DNA of 64,000 nt, from NCBI GenBank assembly GCA_024275195.1, contig JAJRZP010000139.1:5645-69644 (forward strand). The letters are read 5' to 3'. A model generated the notes under the pieces. That model was not told the origin of the DNA and did no database searches. It worked only from the letters and a program-made list of their open reading frames with translations. Below, in pieces: positions 18,413-28,560 of this stretch (its first letter is position 1; the number at the start of each line of letters is the position of its first letter). The stretch comes from Chloroflexota bacterium. GTDB taxonomy: Bacteria > Chloroflexota > Dehalococcoidia > Lucifugimonadales > Lucifugimonadaceae. The translations under genes and the position numbers were made by a program.

Positions 18413-21400
18413 TTAGTTCTCTTCGTCTTCGACACCAACGAGTTCATCGGAACTGACCGATGATTCTTCGGATGCGAGGGACTGAAGTGAATCCTCGGTA
18501 GGCTCTTTTGGCTGTTCCGAGCCGATGGCGTCCAGATCATCATCATCCGACTCATTGTCAGCATCGTCCGAATCGACAGCCAGTCCGCCACCGGGTAGCT
18601 CTTCAATGTCGAGAACATCGAGAGGTTCATCACTGAGATCATTCCAATCGAGCGGTGCCCCGAGGGTTGCCGCCATCTCCTGAGCTTGAGTCTGCATCTG
18701 GGTGAATCGCTCGATATCTTCATTGAGAAGTTCTACCGACAGCCCGAGGCCTTGAAGCTCTTTCAGCAGAACGTGGAACGATTCAGGAACACCCGGCTGA
18801 ATGACCTCTTCACCCTTCACAATCGCCTCATAAGTCTTCACGCGGCCGATCACGTCGTCTGACTTGATCGTCAACATTTCCTGCAGCGTGTACGCCGCCG
18901 AATATGCCTCAAGTGCCCAAACTTCCATCTCGCCAAATCGCTGCCCGCCGAACTGTGCTTTACCACCAAGCGGCTGCTGGGTGATCAGCGAGTAAGGCCC
19001 GGTCGAACGTGCATGAATCTTGTCTTGGACAAGGTGTATGAGCTTGAGCATGTATACGTTGCCCACTGTGATCGGGGCGTCAAACTGCAAACCCGTCCGT
19101 CCATCGTGGATCATCTGTTTGCCAAAGATCGGTGCCGATAGATTTCGCTCCCGCGAAACCTTCAACGACTCCTGCATCAGTTCAGAAGGCTTCATGCCTT
19201 CCGTCTCAACTCCGGCATTGTCCTTCAGCCAGATTCGCAGGCAGGCTTCACGAGCCACACCTCTGTTCGATGGGGCATCGCTCCACAGTCGATCACGGTC
19301 GAAGCCGCGTTCTTCGAGGAACGCGTCTACCTTCGCCCAATCGATCTCCTTGGAATCGAGATCCCGGAAATCCTTGGCGCTCGCCTCGCTGACGAACCAT
19401 GCACGTGCCAGATGGTCTTCAATAACGCTGTCCTGTGCACCATCGAAGACGGGTGTTCGCGCATGGAAGCCTAAAGTGTTCGCTGCCCAACCTAGATGGG
19501 TTTCGAGTAGCTGACCGAGGTTCATGCGGGACGGCACACCGATCGGGTTCAACATAATGTCGAGGGGTGTACCGTCCGGAAGGAACGGCATATCTTCTCT
19601 GGGCAAAATTTTTGCCACAACACCCTTGTTGCCGTGCCGACCAGCCATCTTGTCGCCCTGATTGATCTTCCGTGTGTGGGCAACCCAAACACGAACGGTC
19701 TTGGTAACACCGGGCTGCATATCGTCGCCATTTTCCTTGGTCAGGATGCGCACGTCGATAATCTTGCCGTGCTGGCCGTGCGGAACTCTCAGGCTCGTGT
19801 CTTTTACGTCACGCGCCTTCTCGCCGAATATGGCGCGCAGAAGCTTCTCTTCAGCGGTCAGTTCCGTCTCGCCTTTCGGGGTGATCTTGCCAACCAGAAT
19901 ATCGCCGGGAGTTACCCACGCACCAATTCGAACGATTCCTTCTTCATCAAGGTCTCGCAAACTTTCTTCACCGACATTCGGAATGTCACGGGTAATCTCT
20001 TCGGGGCCAAGCTTGGTCTCTCTCGCCTCAACTTCGTGTTTGTCGATATGTATCGACGTATATCGATCGTCCTTCACGAGGTCTTCATTGAGGATGATCG
20101 CGTCTTCATAGTTGTAGCCATCAAAGGTCATGAAGCCGACGAGCAGGTTTTGCCCAAGTGCCAACTCGCCATTCTCAGTTGAAGAGCTATCGGCGAGAGG
20201 CGAGCCAGCAATTACCTTGTCGCCCTTGTGGACGATAGGGTGTTGGTTAATCGAAGTCCCCTGATTGGAGCGAACAAACTTTGTTAGCGGGTACTCGGTG
20301 GTCTCGCCATCTTCGCCAAGAACCTTCACGTAGTCGCTGGTCGATTCCGAAACTATGCCATCGACCTCAGACATGAGTACCTGTCCCGAGTCGGTGGCGA
20401 CGCGCCATTCCATACCGGTTCCCACCAGAGGAGCCTGCGGCTGAATGAGCGGCACCGCCTGTCGTTGCATGTTCGAACCCATCAGCGCACGGTTTGCGTC
20501 ATCGTGTTCGAGAAACGGAATCAACGCTGTCGATATGCTAACGATCTGCATCGGTGATACGTCGAGATACTGAACTTCATCAGGGTGAACGTAGGTGTAG
20601 GACTCGCTTCCCCCCTGCCGTACTTCAACAAGCTCGGTCGTGATCTGCCCCTTGGCGTCCATCGGTGTCGTCGCCTGACCAATCGTGTTCTGCTCTTCAT
20701 CATCGGCAGACAGATAGTCTCGATCGCCCTCAGCGGTGGTTACATAGGCCTGTACTTTTACATCGCGCGTCGGCAGTGCGTTGACAATTTCCGCCATTGG
20801 AATCGTGATCGGCTTCCCCGCTTCCACGACCACCTTGCCGTTCGCATCGGTAATGTCTTCCATGGGTGTTCGACCCTGAATATCAGGATTGTCGCTCGAC
20901 ATTGACCGAAGAATTCGGCGGTAGGGTGTCTCGATGAATCCGTAGCTATTCAACCGCGCATATGTTGAAAGGGAACCAAGAAGGCCGATGTTTGGCCCCT
21001 CAGGGGTTTCGATCGGGCAGATGCGACCGTAGTGAGATGCGTGTACGTCACGTACGTCGAATCCGGCTCGTTCCCTTGAAAGTCCGCCAGGTCCGAGCGC
21101 TGAAAGACGTCGTTTGTGTGTCAGCTCTGCCAGCGGGTTGGTCTGATCCATGAACTGCGATAACTGCGAGCCACCGAAAAACTCTCGGACGGCTGCGACA
21201 ACCGGCCTGATGTTGATCAGTGCCGCAGGGGTCGTGCTGGTCGGATCCATCTGTGTGGTCATCCGTTCTTTTACAACGCGCTCCATGCGTAGAAGACCGA
21301 CACGCAACTGGTTTTGGATCAGTTCGCCCACCGCGCGGACACGACGGTTGCCCAAGTGATCGATGTCATCGTTCGGAGCGCGCCCATTGTTGATCGTGAT

Positions 21401-22333
21401 CATGCGTCGAATCAGCGCAACAATGTCGTTCTTCGTCAGAGTCCGAGTCTTCTCATCAAGGCTGAGCCTGCGGTTCAATTTATAACGGCCAACCCTGCCG
21501 AGATCATATTTGCGATCGTTGAAGAACAGGTTCTCGATAAGTTCACGAGCATTGTCAACGCTCGGTGGCTCACCGGGGCGTAGCCGTCGGTAGAACTCGA
21601 TCAATGCCTCTTCTTCGGTGGTCGACGCGGTGTCCTTCGCCAGTGTGGCTGCCATGTAGCGATGAACCGGGTCGTCGTCGACATCGTCGACAAGACCAAG
21701 TATCTCTTCGTCGGTAGTCCATCCAAGTGCACGAAGAAGTGTCGAAATAGGCGCCTTACGCTTACGATCAACTTTCACAGAAAGAAGATCTTTGTTGCTC
21801 GTCTCTAACTCTACCCACGCACCGCGATAGGGAATCAGTTTTGCACTACAGAGTTGGCGACCCGTCGCCGGGTCGCTCTTAGTTGTGAAATACGCTCCTG
21901 GAGATCGCACAAGCTGCGATACAACGACACGTTCGGCGCCGTTGATAACGAAGGTGCCGTTGCGAGTCATCATCGGCACATCGCCGAAGAACAGAGTCTG
22001 CTCTTTTACCTCACCGGTCTCTTTGATCACAAGCTGAACTGTGATGTAGAGGGGCGCCGAATATGTAATCTCGCGCTTTCTGCAATCGCGTTCGGTGTGT
22101 TTAGGTTCCCGAACCTCGTGACTGAGGAACCGGAGGTCAAATCGTCCACCTGAGAAGTCTTCAATAGGTGAAATCTCATCGAGGAGATCTTTGAGCCCGT
22201 CGGTCTTCAGCCATTCGAATGAATTGACCTGAACCTGAACCAGGTTTGGCACGTCAATGTTGTTGGCAATGCTATTGAAGCCTTTGAAATTGGACTGCTC
22301 TGATGGGGCTAACCGACGATCAGCGATGACCAT
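18413..22333 (-). CDS. rpoB: DNA-directed RNA polymerase subunit beta
   Basis: About 1306 aa with conserved beta motifs throughout ([32 protein letters not shown]). ATG at 22333 has AGGAG 9 nt upstream and is preferred over GTG 22339. The protein ends in an acidic tail. Confidence 0.98.
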   Translation of the reverse strand: MVIADRRLAPSEQSNFKGFNSIANNIDVPNLVQVQVNSFEWLKTDGLKDLLDEISPIEDFSGGRFDLRFLSHEVREPKHTERDCRKREITYSAPLYITVQLVIKETGEVKEQTLFFGDVPMMTRNGTFVINGAERVVVSQLVRSPGAYFTTKSDPATGRQLCSAKLIPYRGAWVELETSNKDLLSVKVDRKRKAPISTLLRALGWTTDEEILGLVDDVDDDPVHRYMAATLAKDTASTTEEEALIEFYRRLRPGEPPSVDNARELIENLFFNDRKYDLGRVGRYKLNRRLSLDEKTRTLTKNDIVALIRRMITINNGRAPNDDIDHLGNRRVRAVGELIQNQLRVGLLRMERVVKERMTTQMDPTSTTPAALINIRPVVAAVREFFGGSQLSQFMDQTNPLAELTHKRRLSALGPGGLSRERAGFDVRDVHASHYGRICPIETPEGPNIGLLGSLSTYARLNSYGFIETPYRRILRSMSSDNPDIQGRTPMEDITDANGKVVVEAGKPITIPMAEIVNALPTRDVKVQAYVTTAEGDRDYLSADDEEQNTIGQATTPMDAKGQITTELVEVRQGGSESYTYVHPDEVQYLDVSPMQIVSISTALIPFLEHDDANRALMGSNMQRQAVPLIQPQAPLVGTGMEWRVATDSGQVLMSEVDGIVSESTSDYVKVLGEDGETTEYPLTKFVRSNQGTSINQHPIVHKGDKVIAGSPLADSSSTENGELALGQNLLVGFMTFDGYNYEDAIILNEDLVKDDRYTSIHIDKHEVEARETKLGPEEITRDIPNVGEESLRDLDEEGIVRIGAWVTPGDILVGKITPKGETELTAEEKLLRAIFGEKARDVKDTSLRVPHGQHGKIIDVRILTKENGDDMQPGVTKTVRVWVAHTRKINQGDKMAGRHGNKGVVAKILPREDMPFLPDGTPLDIMLNPIGVPSRMNLGQLLETHLGWAANTLGFHARTPVFDGAQDSVIEDHLARAWFVSEASAKDFRDLDSKEIDWAKVDAFLEERGFDRDRLWSDAPSNRGVAREACLRIWLKDNAGVETEGMKPSELMQESLKVSRERNLSAPIFGKQMIHDGRTGLQFDAPITVGNVYMLKLIHLVQDKIHARSTGPYSLITQQPLGGKAQFGGQRFGEMEVWALEAYSAAYTLQEMLTIKSDDVIGRVKTYEAIVKGEEVIQPGVPESFHVLLKELQGLGLSVELLNEDIERFTQMQTQAQEMAATLGAPLDWNDLSDEPLDVLDIEELPGGGLAVDSDDADNESDDDDLDAIGSEQPKEPTEDSLQSLASEESSVSSDELVGVEDEEN

Positions 22334-22683
22334 GCACACACACTCCTAGAGTGCTGAAGGATGGATGGATTACACGCGTGTGAGAAAACATCTCAAACGC
22401 GCAGGAACCGAAGTACGCGCCAAGCTAAAGCACGTGCTTCGGTGTTGTTGGGAATTAAAAGATATGAACCAGGGCGAGACGAAAAGAGATGGACATTTCT
22501 CTGACAGCCTAGAAGTCTAGCCTTACTCCATCCCAACTGTCAATGCAAGTCACAAGTTAAATTGCATGATTGAAACATCTGACTCCGGCCATTCCGGCGA
22601 ATTACCCGAAAACGCGGTTCGATCCTCTATATGGTTTCATCTGAATAATTGGTGCGGTGCAATCAAGGATCAGGCTTTAAAGC

Positions 22684-23721
22684 TTGACTAATACCCGTAA
22701 AACTAAAAAAATACAGGCACTGGCCGGGCGGAAATCTCACTCTGGAAGAGATGCTGCATTTGGTGTTCACGGATCTATTGTGCTTAAAACAGCCACCAAA
22801 GAGATTGCAATAATTGGGGTCTTCTACCTCGCATTTGCGCTTGCTAAAAACCTGACCGACCCCTCGCCGGTTCTCAAAGCAGTTACAAATGGATGGGGCG
22901 TAATCAGACTCGAATCGGTGCTTGCACTTAATTTCGAGTCGTTCATTCAGCAACTGGTCGGACGGTTATCGTTCGGCGCAGTCATCGTAACGACCTATTT
23001 CTACGTGGCAGGTATGTGGACTGGTCTGGTTGCGACAGCGGCTATTGCATTTATAAAGAACCGATCCGTTTACATTGATCTCAGACGGACATTTATATTC
23101 ACGATGCTTCTCGCAGCGATCGTGTTCGCCTTGTACCCACTCGCCCCGCCAAGATTCATGCCAGGGCTTGGTATGACCGATACGGTATCGATGCTCGGCC
23201 TCGATCCGGCTCCAAGCTCCGATTCAGCCATCAGTTACAACCGGTTCGCTGCAATGCCAAGCCTCCACTATGTCTGGGCTCTGCTGATTATGATCGCAGC
23301 TTTCAGGCTTGGTGGTTTCTGGGTAAAGGTGGCTGGATTTGTATATCAGGCACTGATGTTTGTGGCGATCATTGCAACCGGAAACCACTACGTCCTCGAC
23401 GCATTTGCGGGCGCAATTCTGTTGCTGATGGCGCTCTACATGAATCACTGGTGGAGCAGGTACGATACTCAACTGAATACTTGGGTGACCGTGCAAACTG
23501 TCAGGCTTACAGAACTCGATCAGAGATGGCGGAGTCGACTTGGAAGCATGCCGGTTCCAGATATGAGACAGCAGTTGCTATCCGGGTTCATTCTCAGGGG
23601 CGGACACGCGATTCAGCCGATGAACTCGCGAATAATCACTTCGAATCCATGCATGCCAGTAGCCGACGTTCAGCGATCATTCCGTCCCGAACTCAATAAT
23701 CTGAGCCTCGTACTGAACTGA
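22684..23721 (+). CDS. PAP2-superfamily integral membrane protein (PAP2_3-like)
   Basis: Multi-TM protein with AMPSLH and NHYVLD motifs (H-x3-D type). The start is uncertain (TTG 22684 or GTG 22780). The 3' end overlaps the convergent cytochrome c gene by 45 nt. Confidence 0.7.
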   Translation: MTNTRKTKKIQALAGRKSHSGRDAAFGVHGSIVLKTATKEIAIIGVFYLAFALAKNLTDPSPVLKAVTNGWGVIRLESVLALNFESFIQQLVGRLSFGAVIVTTYFYVAGMWTGLVATAAIAFIKNRSVYIDLRRTFIFTMLLAAIVFALYPLAPPRFMPGLGMTDTVSMLGLDPAPSSDSAISYNRFAAMPSLHYVWALLIMIAAFRLGGFWVKVAGFVYQALMFVAIIATGNHYVLDAFAGAILLLMALYMNHWWSRYDTQLNTWVTVQTVRLTELDQRWRSRLGSMPVPDMRQQLLSGFILRGGHAIQPMNSRIITSNPCMPVADVQRSFRPELNNLSLVLN

Positions 23722-24123
23722 CCCTTCTCGCTGCTGCTGCTGTTTGTCAGAATCCCAGTTGCTTTTAATGTACGCCAGCACGTCCAGAACTTCCTCTTCC
23801 GTCAACTGACCACGGAACGCTGGCATAAACGTTGCCAGCGGAGGGCGATCAAGTGTCCAATCGAACAACAAACGGTCCGGGTGGTGCCACGTGTGCCCGG
23901 CGGATCCATGCACCGGCGCAATTCCGATTGCCGGAGGACCGTTCACTGGTCCATGGCATGACGCACAGTTGACAGCGTAGATAGCCGCGCCTGATTCGAC
24001 TCTCTCACTCGTGATCTCTATTGGAAATCTCGCGTCACCCTCGGAGTCGCCGCCGTTACTGCCGCAAGCCCCGACTACAACTGCGATAACCAGTAGCGAA
24101 ATTCCGATAATAATTTTTCTCAA
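23677..24123 (-). CDS. class I c-type cytochrome, predicted lipoprotein
   Basis: 148 aa with a signal peptide and lipobox (VVGAC), haem motif CASCH and a distal Met region (FMPAF). Confidence 0.8.
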   Translation of the reverse strand: MRKIIIGISLLVIAVVVGACGSNGGDSEGDARFPIEITSERVESGAAIYAVNCASCHGPVNGPPAIGIAPVHGSAGHTWHHPDRLLFDWTLDRPPLATFMPAFRGQLTEEEVLDVLAYIKSNWDSDKQQQQREGSVQYEAQIIEFGTE

Positions 24124-24187
24124 TATATTTTCCGTTGAACTTTTTGAGATACGAGTGTAGTTACGAGTATTCGTTTCGGCAAACCCA

Positions 24188-24210
24188 CACCCCCCCGGAG
24201 GGGGTATATA
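24188..24210 (+). promoter_or_regulatory. candidate CsoR operator overlapping a TATA-like -10 element
   Basis: ACCCCCCCGGAGGGGGTATATA has C5/G5 arms around a short spacer and lies about 50 nt upstream of the csoR ATG. It resembles described CsoR boxes, which are G/C-tract pseudo-palindromes flanked by TA-rich sequence. Confidence 0.45.
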
Positions 24211-24257
24211 CTACATGGATCGACGCCCAATTTGCACCGGAAATTGCGTGGGAAATC

Positions 24258-24563
24258 ATGATTCACCAACACTCTCATCACGAACATCATCAAGCCGCGA
24301 AGGCTGAAACAAAGGACGATGCGATCAAGCGTCTGAGTTACATCGAAGGACACCTTGCCGGTGTGAAAAAGATGATCGATGAAGATCGTTACTGTGTCGA
24401 CGTTCTTCGGCAGACCTTCGCGGTACGACGTGCACTCCAAAAATTGGAATCTCAGCTAATCGACGGTCATCTACGGACTTGTGTTGTCGATGGCGTCAAG
24501 GAAGGCCGTGAAGAACAGGTCTTAAGCGAACTAGTGGAGCTATACGAAATTGCAGACCGCTAA
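24258..24563 (+). CDS. csoR: CsoR/RcnR-family metal-sensing transcriptional repressor
   Basis: 101 aa from ATG 24258, with a His-rich N-terminus, RLSYIEGHLAGVKKMIDEDRYCVDVLRQ and a conserved C-H-C ligand pattern. The ORF-track start at 24135 is probably too far upstream. Confidence 0.85.
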   Translation: MIHQHSHHEHHQAAKAETKDDAIKRLSYIEGHLAGVKKMIDEDRYCVDVLRQTFAVRRALQKLESQLIDGHLRTCVVDGVKEGREEQVLSELVELYEIADR

Positions 24564-26976
24564 TACCACCCAGATCTCGACTGAACAAGAGGTTGCGGAA
24601 AATCTATCTACGCTGACGTTCAGTATCGGCGGGATGACATGCGCTGCCTGTGTGCACCATGTCGGGAACGCACTTCGAGATGTCCCCGGCATCGTCGATG
24701 CACAGGTGAGCCTCGGTACGGAATCAGCAATCGTCGAATTCGACTCGAATACCGTAACTAAACCGGTGCTACGCGCTGCGCTTTCTGGCGCGGGATACTC
24801 GGTCAGGCGATTCGAGGATGAAGATACTTCGATTTTTGCCGACGGCGACAAGGCGCTTCGTGAAGCAGAACTGCGATCCACCCGGGGGAAGATGATCTTC
24901 AGTCTTTTTGTAGCCGCGGCGGTGATGCTCGGAATGAACTACACGTCGGTCGACTCTCTGGCAGATATTTCACCGACCACGGTCAACATAATTTTTCTGA
25001 TCCTCGCAACCCCAGTGCAGTTCTGGGCGGGTGGCCGGTTCTACAAATCTGCGTGGGCTGCGGCACGCCTGCGCACATCGAACATGAACACTCTGGTTGC
25101 GATCGGGACATCGGCTGCATATTTCTACAGCCTTTCGGTAGTAATCCTCCGGCCGTTGTTTGAGGATTCTCTCGTCTTTTCAGGTGCTGACGTCGGAGGG
25201 CCGCACGCGACCGGAACCTACTTCGATGTCTCGGCGGCAATTATCGGGTTAATTTTGATGGGTCGGTGGCTCGAAGCTAGGGCACGTGGACGAACGTCCG
25301 ATGCAATCAAGAAGTTAATGGGGCTGCAACCTTCCACGGCGGTAATCATCAGGGACGGCTCACCTGTCGAAGTTGATATCGCCGATGTGAACTCGGGCGA
25401 CACCATCGTACTTCGTCCGGGTGAACGCGTGCCCGTGGACGGCGAGATCACCGAGGGCTCGACTACTGTCGATGAATCCATGCTGACCGGTGAGCCGCTT
25501 CCTGCCACAAAGGAGCCCGGCGATGGGCTCTTTACCGGGACGGTAAACGGTACCGGCGCTGTGCGATTCATTGCTTCCGCGGTTGGGCGTGAAACCATTC
25601 TCGCCGGAATCGTAAGAATGGTCCAGCAGGCACAATCATCACGTGCGCCAATCGAACGCCTGGTCGACAAAGTCACTTCCCGATTCGTCCCGGTTGTCAT
25701 AGGTATCTCCATCCTTACGTTTTTGACCTGGTCGTTTCTGGCACCCGAACCCGCCTGGGTCAACGCACTGCTGCTGACTGTCGCGGTACTTGTAATCGCA
25801 TGCCCTTGCGCTCTCGGGCTCGCTACACCAACCGCAATAATGGTTGGCATGGGGCGCGGTGCAACTAACGGCATTCTTATCCGCAACGCCGACGCGCTTG
25901 AGCGGGCCCACCGGATCACGACAGTCGTGTTCGATAAGACGGGGACACTCACCGAAGGAAAGCCAGCGATCGCGAGCATCGACGCATTCGACGTCACTGA
26001 GACGGAATTGATCCGACTCGCTGCTGCTGCCGAGGCGAGCTCTGAGCACCCGCTGGCTACCGCGGTTCTCGCCGAGGCCAAGGCACGCAACATCGAAGTT
26101 CCAGATGCGACGAATATCGATGCAGTTCCGGGCCGCGGCATAAAGGCGACGGTCGATGGATCAGCGATAGCGGTTGGCAGTGCGGCATATATCGCTGAAA
26201 TAGCATCGAGCACGTACGATTTCTCTGAACAGGGGTTCGCTATTGCCGGGCGCGGTGAAACAGTTCTGGCGGTTTCCAAAGATGGCAGGCCGATCGGGCT
26301 AATCGGCGTCTCCGACACTATAAAACCACAGGCTGCAAAAGCAATTCAGGGTCTGCGGGAACGCGGCATCCACACCGTAATGCTCACCGGCGACAACCGT
26401 CGAACCGCAGAGAAAGTCGGTGAAGCCATCGGGATCGACCGAATCATCGCCGACGTTCTGCCAGAAGGAAAAACAGCGGCGATCACCGATCTTCAGAAAA
26501 ATGGCAATACCGTTGCGATGGTCGGAGATGGAATTAACGACGCCCCGGCACTCGCAACGGCCGATGTCGGAATAGCCATCGGAACCGGCACAGATATCGC
26601 CATCGAAGCAGCAGACGTTACGATTACATCTGGCGATCCGACAATCGTCGCCGAGCTCATAATCCTCAGTCGTAGCACGATGCGCACGATCAAGCAGAAC
26701 CTGTTCTGGGCTTTCTTCTACAACGTTCTGCTCATACCGGTCGCTGCCGGTGCCCTGTATCCAGTGTTCGGCGATGGATCTGCTCCGGGATTCTTGCAAC
26801 CAATCGTTGGCCAGTACGGGTTCTTGAACCCAATCGCTGCCGCCGGCGCAATGGCGTTCAGTTCAGTAACAGTGGTTACAAATTCGTTGCGTCTCGGGCG
26901 TATCATCAAGAGTCGAAATCTGGCATCGCCTTCGAAGGTGTCTCAGATCGGGGCACAAATCGAGGCGACAAACTAG
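24550..26976 (+). CDS. copA: copper-translocating P1B-type ATPase
   Basis: 808 aa with an N-terminal HMA domain (GMTCAAC), the CPC motif (CPCALGLATP), DKTGTLT phosphorylation site and GDGINDAP. The TTG start overlaps the csoR 3' end. Confidence 0.95.
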   Translation: MQTANTTQISTEQEVAENLSTLTFSIGGMTCAACVHHVGNALRDVPGIVDAQVSLGTESAIVEFDSNTVTKPVLRAALSGAGYSVRRFEDEDTSIFADGDKALREAELRSTRGKMIFSLFVAAAVMLGMNYTSVDSLADISPTTVNIIFLILATPVQFWAGGRFYKSAWAAARLRTSNMNTLVAIGTSAAYFYSLSVVILRPLFEDSLVFSGADVGGPHATGTYFDVSAAIIGLILMGRWLEARARGRTSDAIKKLMGLQPSTAVIIRDGSPVEVDIADVNSGDTIVLRPGERVPVDGEITEGSTTVDESMLTGEPLPATKEPGDGLFTGTVNGTGAVRFIASAVGRETILAGIVRMVQQAQSSRAPIERLVDKVTSRFVPVVIGISILTFLTWSFLAPEPAWVNALLLTVAVLVIACPCALGLATPTAIMVGMGRGATNGILIRNADALERAHRITTVVFDKTGTLTEGKPAIASIDAFDVTETELIRLAAAAEASSEHPLATAVLAEAKARNIEVPDATNIDAVPGRGIKATVDGSAIAVGSAAYIAEIASSTYDFSEQGFAIAGRGETVLAVSKDGRPIGLIGVSDTIKPQAAKAIQGLRERGIHTVMLTGDNRRTAEKVGEAIGIDRIIADVLPEGKTAAITDLQKNGNTVAMVGDGINDAPALATADVGIAIGTGTDIAIEAADVTITSGDPTIVAELIILSRSTMRTIKQNLFWAFFYNVLLIPVAAGALYPVFGDGSAPGFLQPIVGQYGFLNPIAAAGAMAFSSVTVVTNSLRLGRIIKSRNLASPSKVSQIGAQIEATN

Positions 26977-27019
26977 CTAACGTTTCAACGCAATCTGAAT
27001 CGTTGTTGGGAGAGTCGAA

Positions 27020-27220
27020 ATGAAAATTCCGTTTTTGAGCAGCAAATCCGAAACTGCAACCGACCCCGTGTGCAACATGAGTGTCGACACAGGCAATCCA
27101 AGCGGCGGAGTCGCAACACATGAGGGAGAGGTCTACTACTTCTGTGGTCCTGGTTGCAGAGTTGCGTTCGAAAAGGACCCGGTCGCCTATATCTCTGGTG
27201 AAAAATCAGTCGAGATGTAG
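27020..27220 (+). CDS. YHS/TRASH-domain small metal-binding protein
   Basis: 66 aa with DPVCNMSVD...YYFCGPGC, preceded by GGGAGAG. It follows copA directly. Confidence 0.75.
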   Translation: MKIPFLSSKSETATDPVCNMSVDTGNPSGGVATHEGEVYYFCGPGCRVAFEKDPVAYISGEKSVEM

Positions 27221-27349
27221 TTCGCGTTATACGATTTGTACCACTTCACACATGCGCTACAGTGCGGTCAGAATCACATCGTCAGGTAGCATCTTGGCTA
27301 TCTGGCGAAATAGTGGCACGAAACTCCAGGTAAAAACTCAGGAACACGA

Positions 27350-27607
27350 ATGGCAAAGCACGAACAGCCACCGGCAGATGGTGTTGCGATAGTTTTCACT
27401 CACCCAACCTGCGGATACTGCGATCTGCTCAAGGAAGATCTCGCCAAAGATGAAATTCCTTTTCGTGAGATCGACGTATCCAAACGGCCCGAGATGTGGG
27501 GCGAGGTTGAGCGACTCTCAGGCGGCGACAAGATCACTCCGGTGATGGTCACCGCAACTGGTGAGGTTGAAATCGGATACAAAGGCATCGGTTGCAACTA
27601 CGGATAG
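27350..27607 (+). CDS. glutaredoxin/NrdH-like thioredoxin-fold protein
   Basis: 85 aa with a CGYC active site after the first beta-strand (IVFTHPTCGYC). Confidence 0.8.
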   Translation: MAKHEQPPADGVAIVFTHPTCGYCDLLKEDLAKDEIPFREIDVSKRPEMWGEVERLSGGDKITPVMVTATGEVEIGYKGIGCNYG

Positions 27608-27732
27608 CCCTGAAATCCAAAATCCCGCGCTCGTAATTGGATGGTATTAAATCGGCAGGTATCTCGTACCAAGTGTTGACTGGCATCAGGTCGCAGCCGT
27701 ACTCTCAATAGACGCGGTTCATTCCGCGGCGC

Positions 27733-27809
27733 GGTCCCGTGGTGTAGCGGCCTAACACGCCTCCCTGTCAAGGAGGAGATCGGCAGTTCGAATCTGCTCG
27801 GGATCGCCA
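27733..27809 (+). tRNA. tRNA-Asp (anticodon GUC), CCA encoded
   Basis: GGTCCCGTGGTGTAGCGGCCTAACACGCCTCCCTGTCAAGGAGGAGATCGGCAGTTCGAATCTGCTCGGGATCGCCA folds as a cloverleaf with anticodon loop CTGTCAA. Confidence 0.9.
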
Positions 27810-27822
27810 TACGACAACTCCG

Positions 27823-27848
27823 AACGCTCAGGTAAGCGCCTGAGCGTT
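27823..27848 (+). terminator. stem-loop terminator candidate after tRNA-Asp
   Basis: AACGCTCAGG-TAAGCG-CCTGAGCGTT forms a perfect 10-bp stem followed by TGCATTT. Confidence 0.6.
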
Positions 27849-28019
27849 TGCATTTAAGAATCGATTGACTGGCGGGTCACCTCTGACTGCCAGACTCTAT
27901 CTGCCGTACCAGATCCAGTCGTGCAATGGGGGTCAATCTGGCGTTAGGATGTGTCATGAGGGGCTCCGTTTACTGGTGGGGTGAATCTTTTCCACACAGC
28001 AATACCGGAGAACTCTCAC

Positions 28020-28463
28020 ATGTCAACAACCTACGTGGGAGCTACAACTAGACGTGACGTGAGGAACGTAACGAACATGGCCGATCTGGACAACAATGCT
28101 GGCGATAACATCTACAACGCTATCGACACCACGGCAATCGAGTGGGAACTTAGCCACAACCCGAAGCTTGGGGTGGACCTCGGCCGGTTGATGCTTCGCA
28201 AAGACCCGGATAGCGGTGCAGAGATACGAATGATCCGATATCCAAAAGGTGTGCTGAACCCTGAACACACACACCCGTGTGGACACGGCATCTTCGTTTT
28301 GGAAGGTAAACTCCAGACTCACCAGGGCGTTTACGGTCCCGGTACGTGGGTATGGTTTCCACAGGGTGAGACCATGGAGCATGGTGCGACTGATGAAGGA
28401 GACATGGTCGGCATCTTCATCACCGATGGAGCATTTGAAATCCATTACAACGACGAAAAGTAA
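28020..28463 (+). CDS. cupin-domain protein
   Basis: Cupin motifs HTHPCGHGIFVLEG and WVWFPQGETMEHG. ATG 28020 has GGAG 9 nt upstream and is preferred over the track start at 27981. Confidence 0.8.
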   Translation: MSTTYVGATTRRDVRNVTNMADLDNNAGDNIYNAIDTTAIEWELSHNPKLGVDLGRLMLRKDPDSGAEIRMIRYPKGVLNPEHTHPCGHGIFVLEGKLQTHQGVYGPGTWVWFPQGETMEHGATDEGDMVGIFITDGAFEIHYNDEK

Positions 28464-28560
28464 TATCAGTTGACAGGAGAACGCATGCAAGTGAATTTGC
28501 TGCTGACAACCGCCGGGAATGCACGACAACTGAGGTTAATTCGCTTCGAGCACAACATTC

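Noticed and set aside
14696-20182. Many 60-260-aa ORFs antisense to or out of frame with rpoC and rpoB (e.g. 15662..16435, 15864..16403, 16931..17398, 19020..19514, 19634..20182)
   Set aside because: They lie entirely within the two RNA polymerase genes, whose frames are supported by universal motifs end to end.
22515-22543. Candidate rpoB promoter (minus-strand TTGACA at 22543-22538 with TAGACT 18 nt downstream)
   Set aside because: The -10 element is poor and the spacing non-optimal. There is no independent support.
25218-26318. 366-aa antisense ORF inside copA, plus other antisense ORFs at 24983..25240, 25360..26049 and 26299..26909
   Set aside because: The opposite strand encodes an unambiguous P1B-ATPase over its full length. 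The antisense translations are Ala/Ser/Pro/Arg-rich low-complexity sequence.
27598-27810. 70-aa minus-strand ORF overlapping tRNA-Asp
   Set aside because: It overlaps a well-folded tRNA gene and is a spurious ORF.
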